The translations under genes and the position numbers were made by a program. A DNA stretch of 32,000 bases from Pseudomonas aeruginosa (lineage in GTDB: Bacteria > Pseudomonadota > Gammaproteobacteria > Pseudomonadales > Pseudomonadaceae), in NCBI RefSeq assembly GCF_001457615.1, contig NZ_LN831024.1, positions 1,140,001-1,172,000 of the forward strand, read 5' to 3'. Shown piece after piece: positions 31,017 through 32,000 of the stretch (positions are counted from its first letter, which is position 1; the number at the start of each line of letters is the position of its first letter). The notes beneath the pieces were generated by a model that saw nothing but the letters and a program-made list of their open reading frames with translations, was not told where the DNA came from and searched no databases.

Positions 31017-32000
31017 TCAGTCCTTGCGCCGCTTGAGCTGGTCCTTCAACTGGGTCGGCAACTGGCGGATGATCAGCATGTCGCGCTCTTCGTCGTATTC
31101 CACCTTGGAGCCCAGCAGGTGCGCCTCGAAGCTGATCGACAGGCCTTCGGCGCGGCCGGTGAAGCGGCGGAACTGGTTGAGGGTGCGCTTGTCCGCCGGG
31201 ATTTCCGGCGACAGGCCGTAGTCCTTGTTACGTATGTAGTCGTAGAACGCCCGCGGTTGCTGGTCGTCCATCAGTTCCGAAAGCGCGTCGAGGGTCATCG
31301 GCTCGCCGATGCGCGCCTGGGAGGTGGCGTAGTCGACCAGCGTCTCGGTCTTCTCGCGGGCCTGTTCCTCGGCCATGTCCTCGCTTTCCACGAAATCGCT
31401 GAAGGCTTTCAGCAGGGTGCGCGTCTCGCTCGGCGAATCCACCCCTTCCTGGCAGCCGATGAAGTCGCGGAAATAGTCGGAGACCTTCTTCCCGCCCTTG
31501 CCCTTGATGAACGAGATGTACTGCTTCGACTGCTTGTTGTTGCGCCATTCGGAGATATTGATCCGCGCGGCCAGGTGCAACTGGCCGAGGTCCAGGTGGC
31601 GCGACGGGGTGACCTCCAGCGACTCGTTCACCGCCACGCCTTCGCTGTGGTGCAGCAGGGCGATCGCCAGGTAGTCGGTCATGCCTTGCTGGTAGTGGGC
31701 GAACAGGATGTGGCCGCCGGTGGAGAGATTGGACTCCTCCATCAGCTTCTGCAGGTGCTCGACCGCTTCGCGGCTGAAGCCGACGAAGTCGCGATCGCCC
31801 TCCAGGTACTCACCGAGCCAGCCGCTGAACGGGTAGGCCCCGGACTCGCCCTGGAAGAAGCCCCAGGCCTTGTTCTTGGCGTTGTAGCTTTCGTTGAGGT
31901 CGGCCAGCAGGTTCTCGATGGCCTGGGAGTCGCCCAGCTCGGCGTCGCGCGCGTGGAGCACGGCCGGGGTGCCGTCGGGCTTCTTCTCGATCAGGTGGAC
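31017..32000 (-). CDS. ndpA: Nucleoid-associated protein YejK/NdpA family, N-terminus beyond the right edge
   Basis: Frame stays open to the window end ([66 protein letters not shown]...). Confidence 0.88.

Noticed and set aside
31017-32000. Possible N-terminal truncation of the NdpA/YejK gene
   Set aside because: The frame is open to the window edge, so the missing start is explained by window truncation.

Overview
The window reads as a high-GC Pseudomonas chromosome segment. Product lengths and gene order match my memory of the P. aeruginosa PA3881-PA3849 region, in reverse orientation to PAO1; this is recall, not a search. Left half: the nitrate respiration locus, with narXL on the minus strand and narK1-narK2-narG-narH-narJ-narI-ppiC/nifM-like-moaA on the plus strand. 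The divergent promoter carries a perfect ANR/FNR box and a 7-2-7 NarL-type site. Right half: a periplasmic amino-acid binding protein, dauB-dauA-dauR (D-arginine catabolism), rhlB-type DEAD-box helicase, acyl-CoA synthetase, carboxylesterase, a second binding protein, phosphatidylcholine synthase, SnoaL-like, GST-like, GIY-YIG, hexapeptide acetyltransferase, VIT-family and nucleoid-associated YejK/NdpA genes. Strongest observations: (1) narG is split by an apparent 1-nt deletion in a C run at about 7723-7725; (2) a nearly identical 13-mer palindrome (GTCCAGA[A/T]TGGAC) overlaps the predicted -10 elements of both dauB and the binding-protein gene at 15530, a candidate shared DauR operator; (3) a roughly 0.6 kb low-coding gap after moaA contains an orphan terminator-like hairpin and may be an accessory-insertion site or encode an sRNA. 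I saw no convincing new defence system, CRISPR array, tRNA or transposon.
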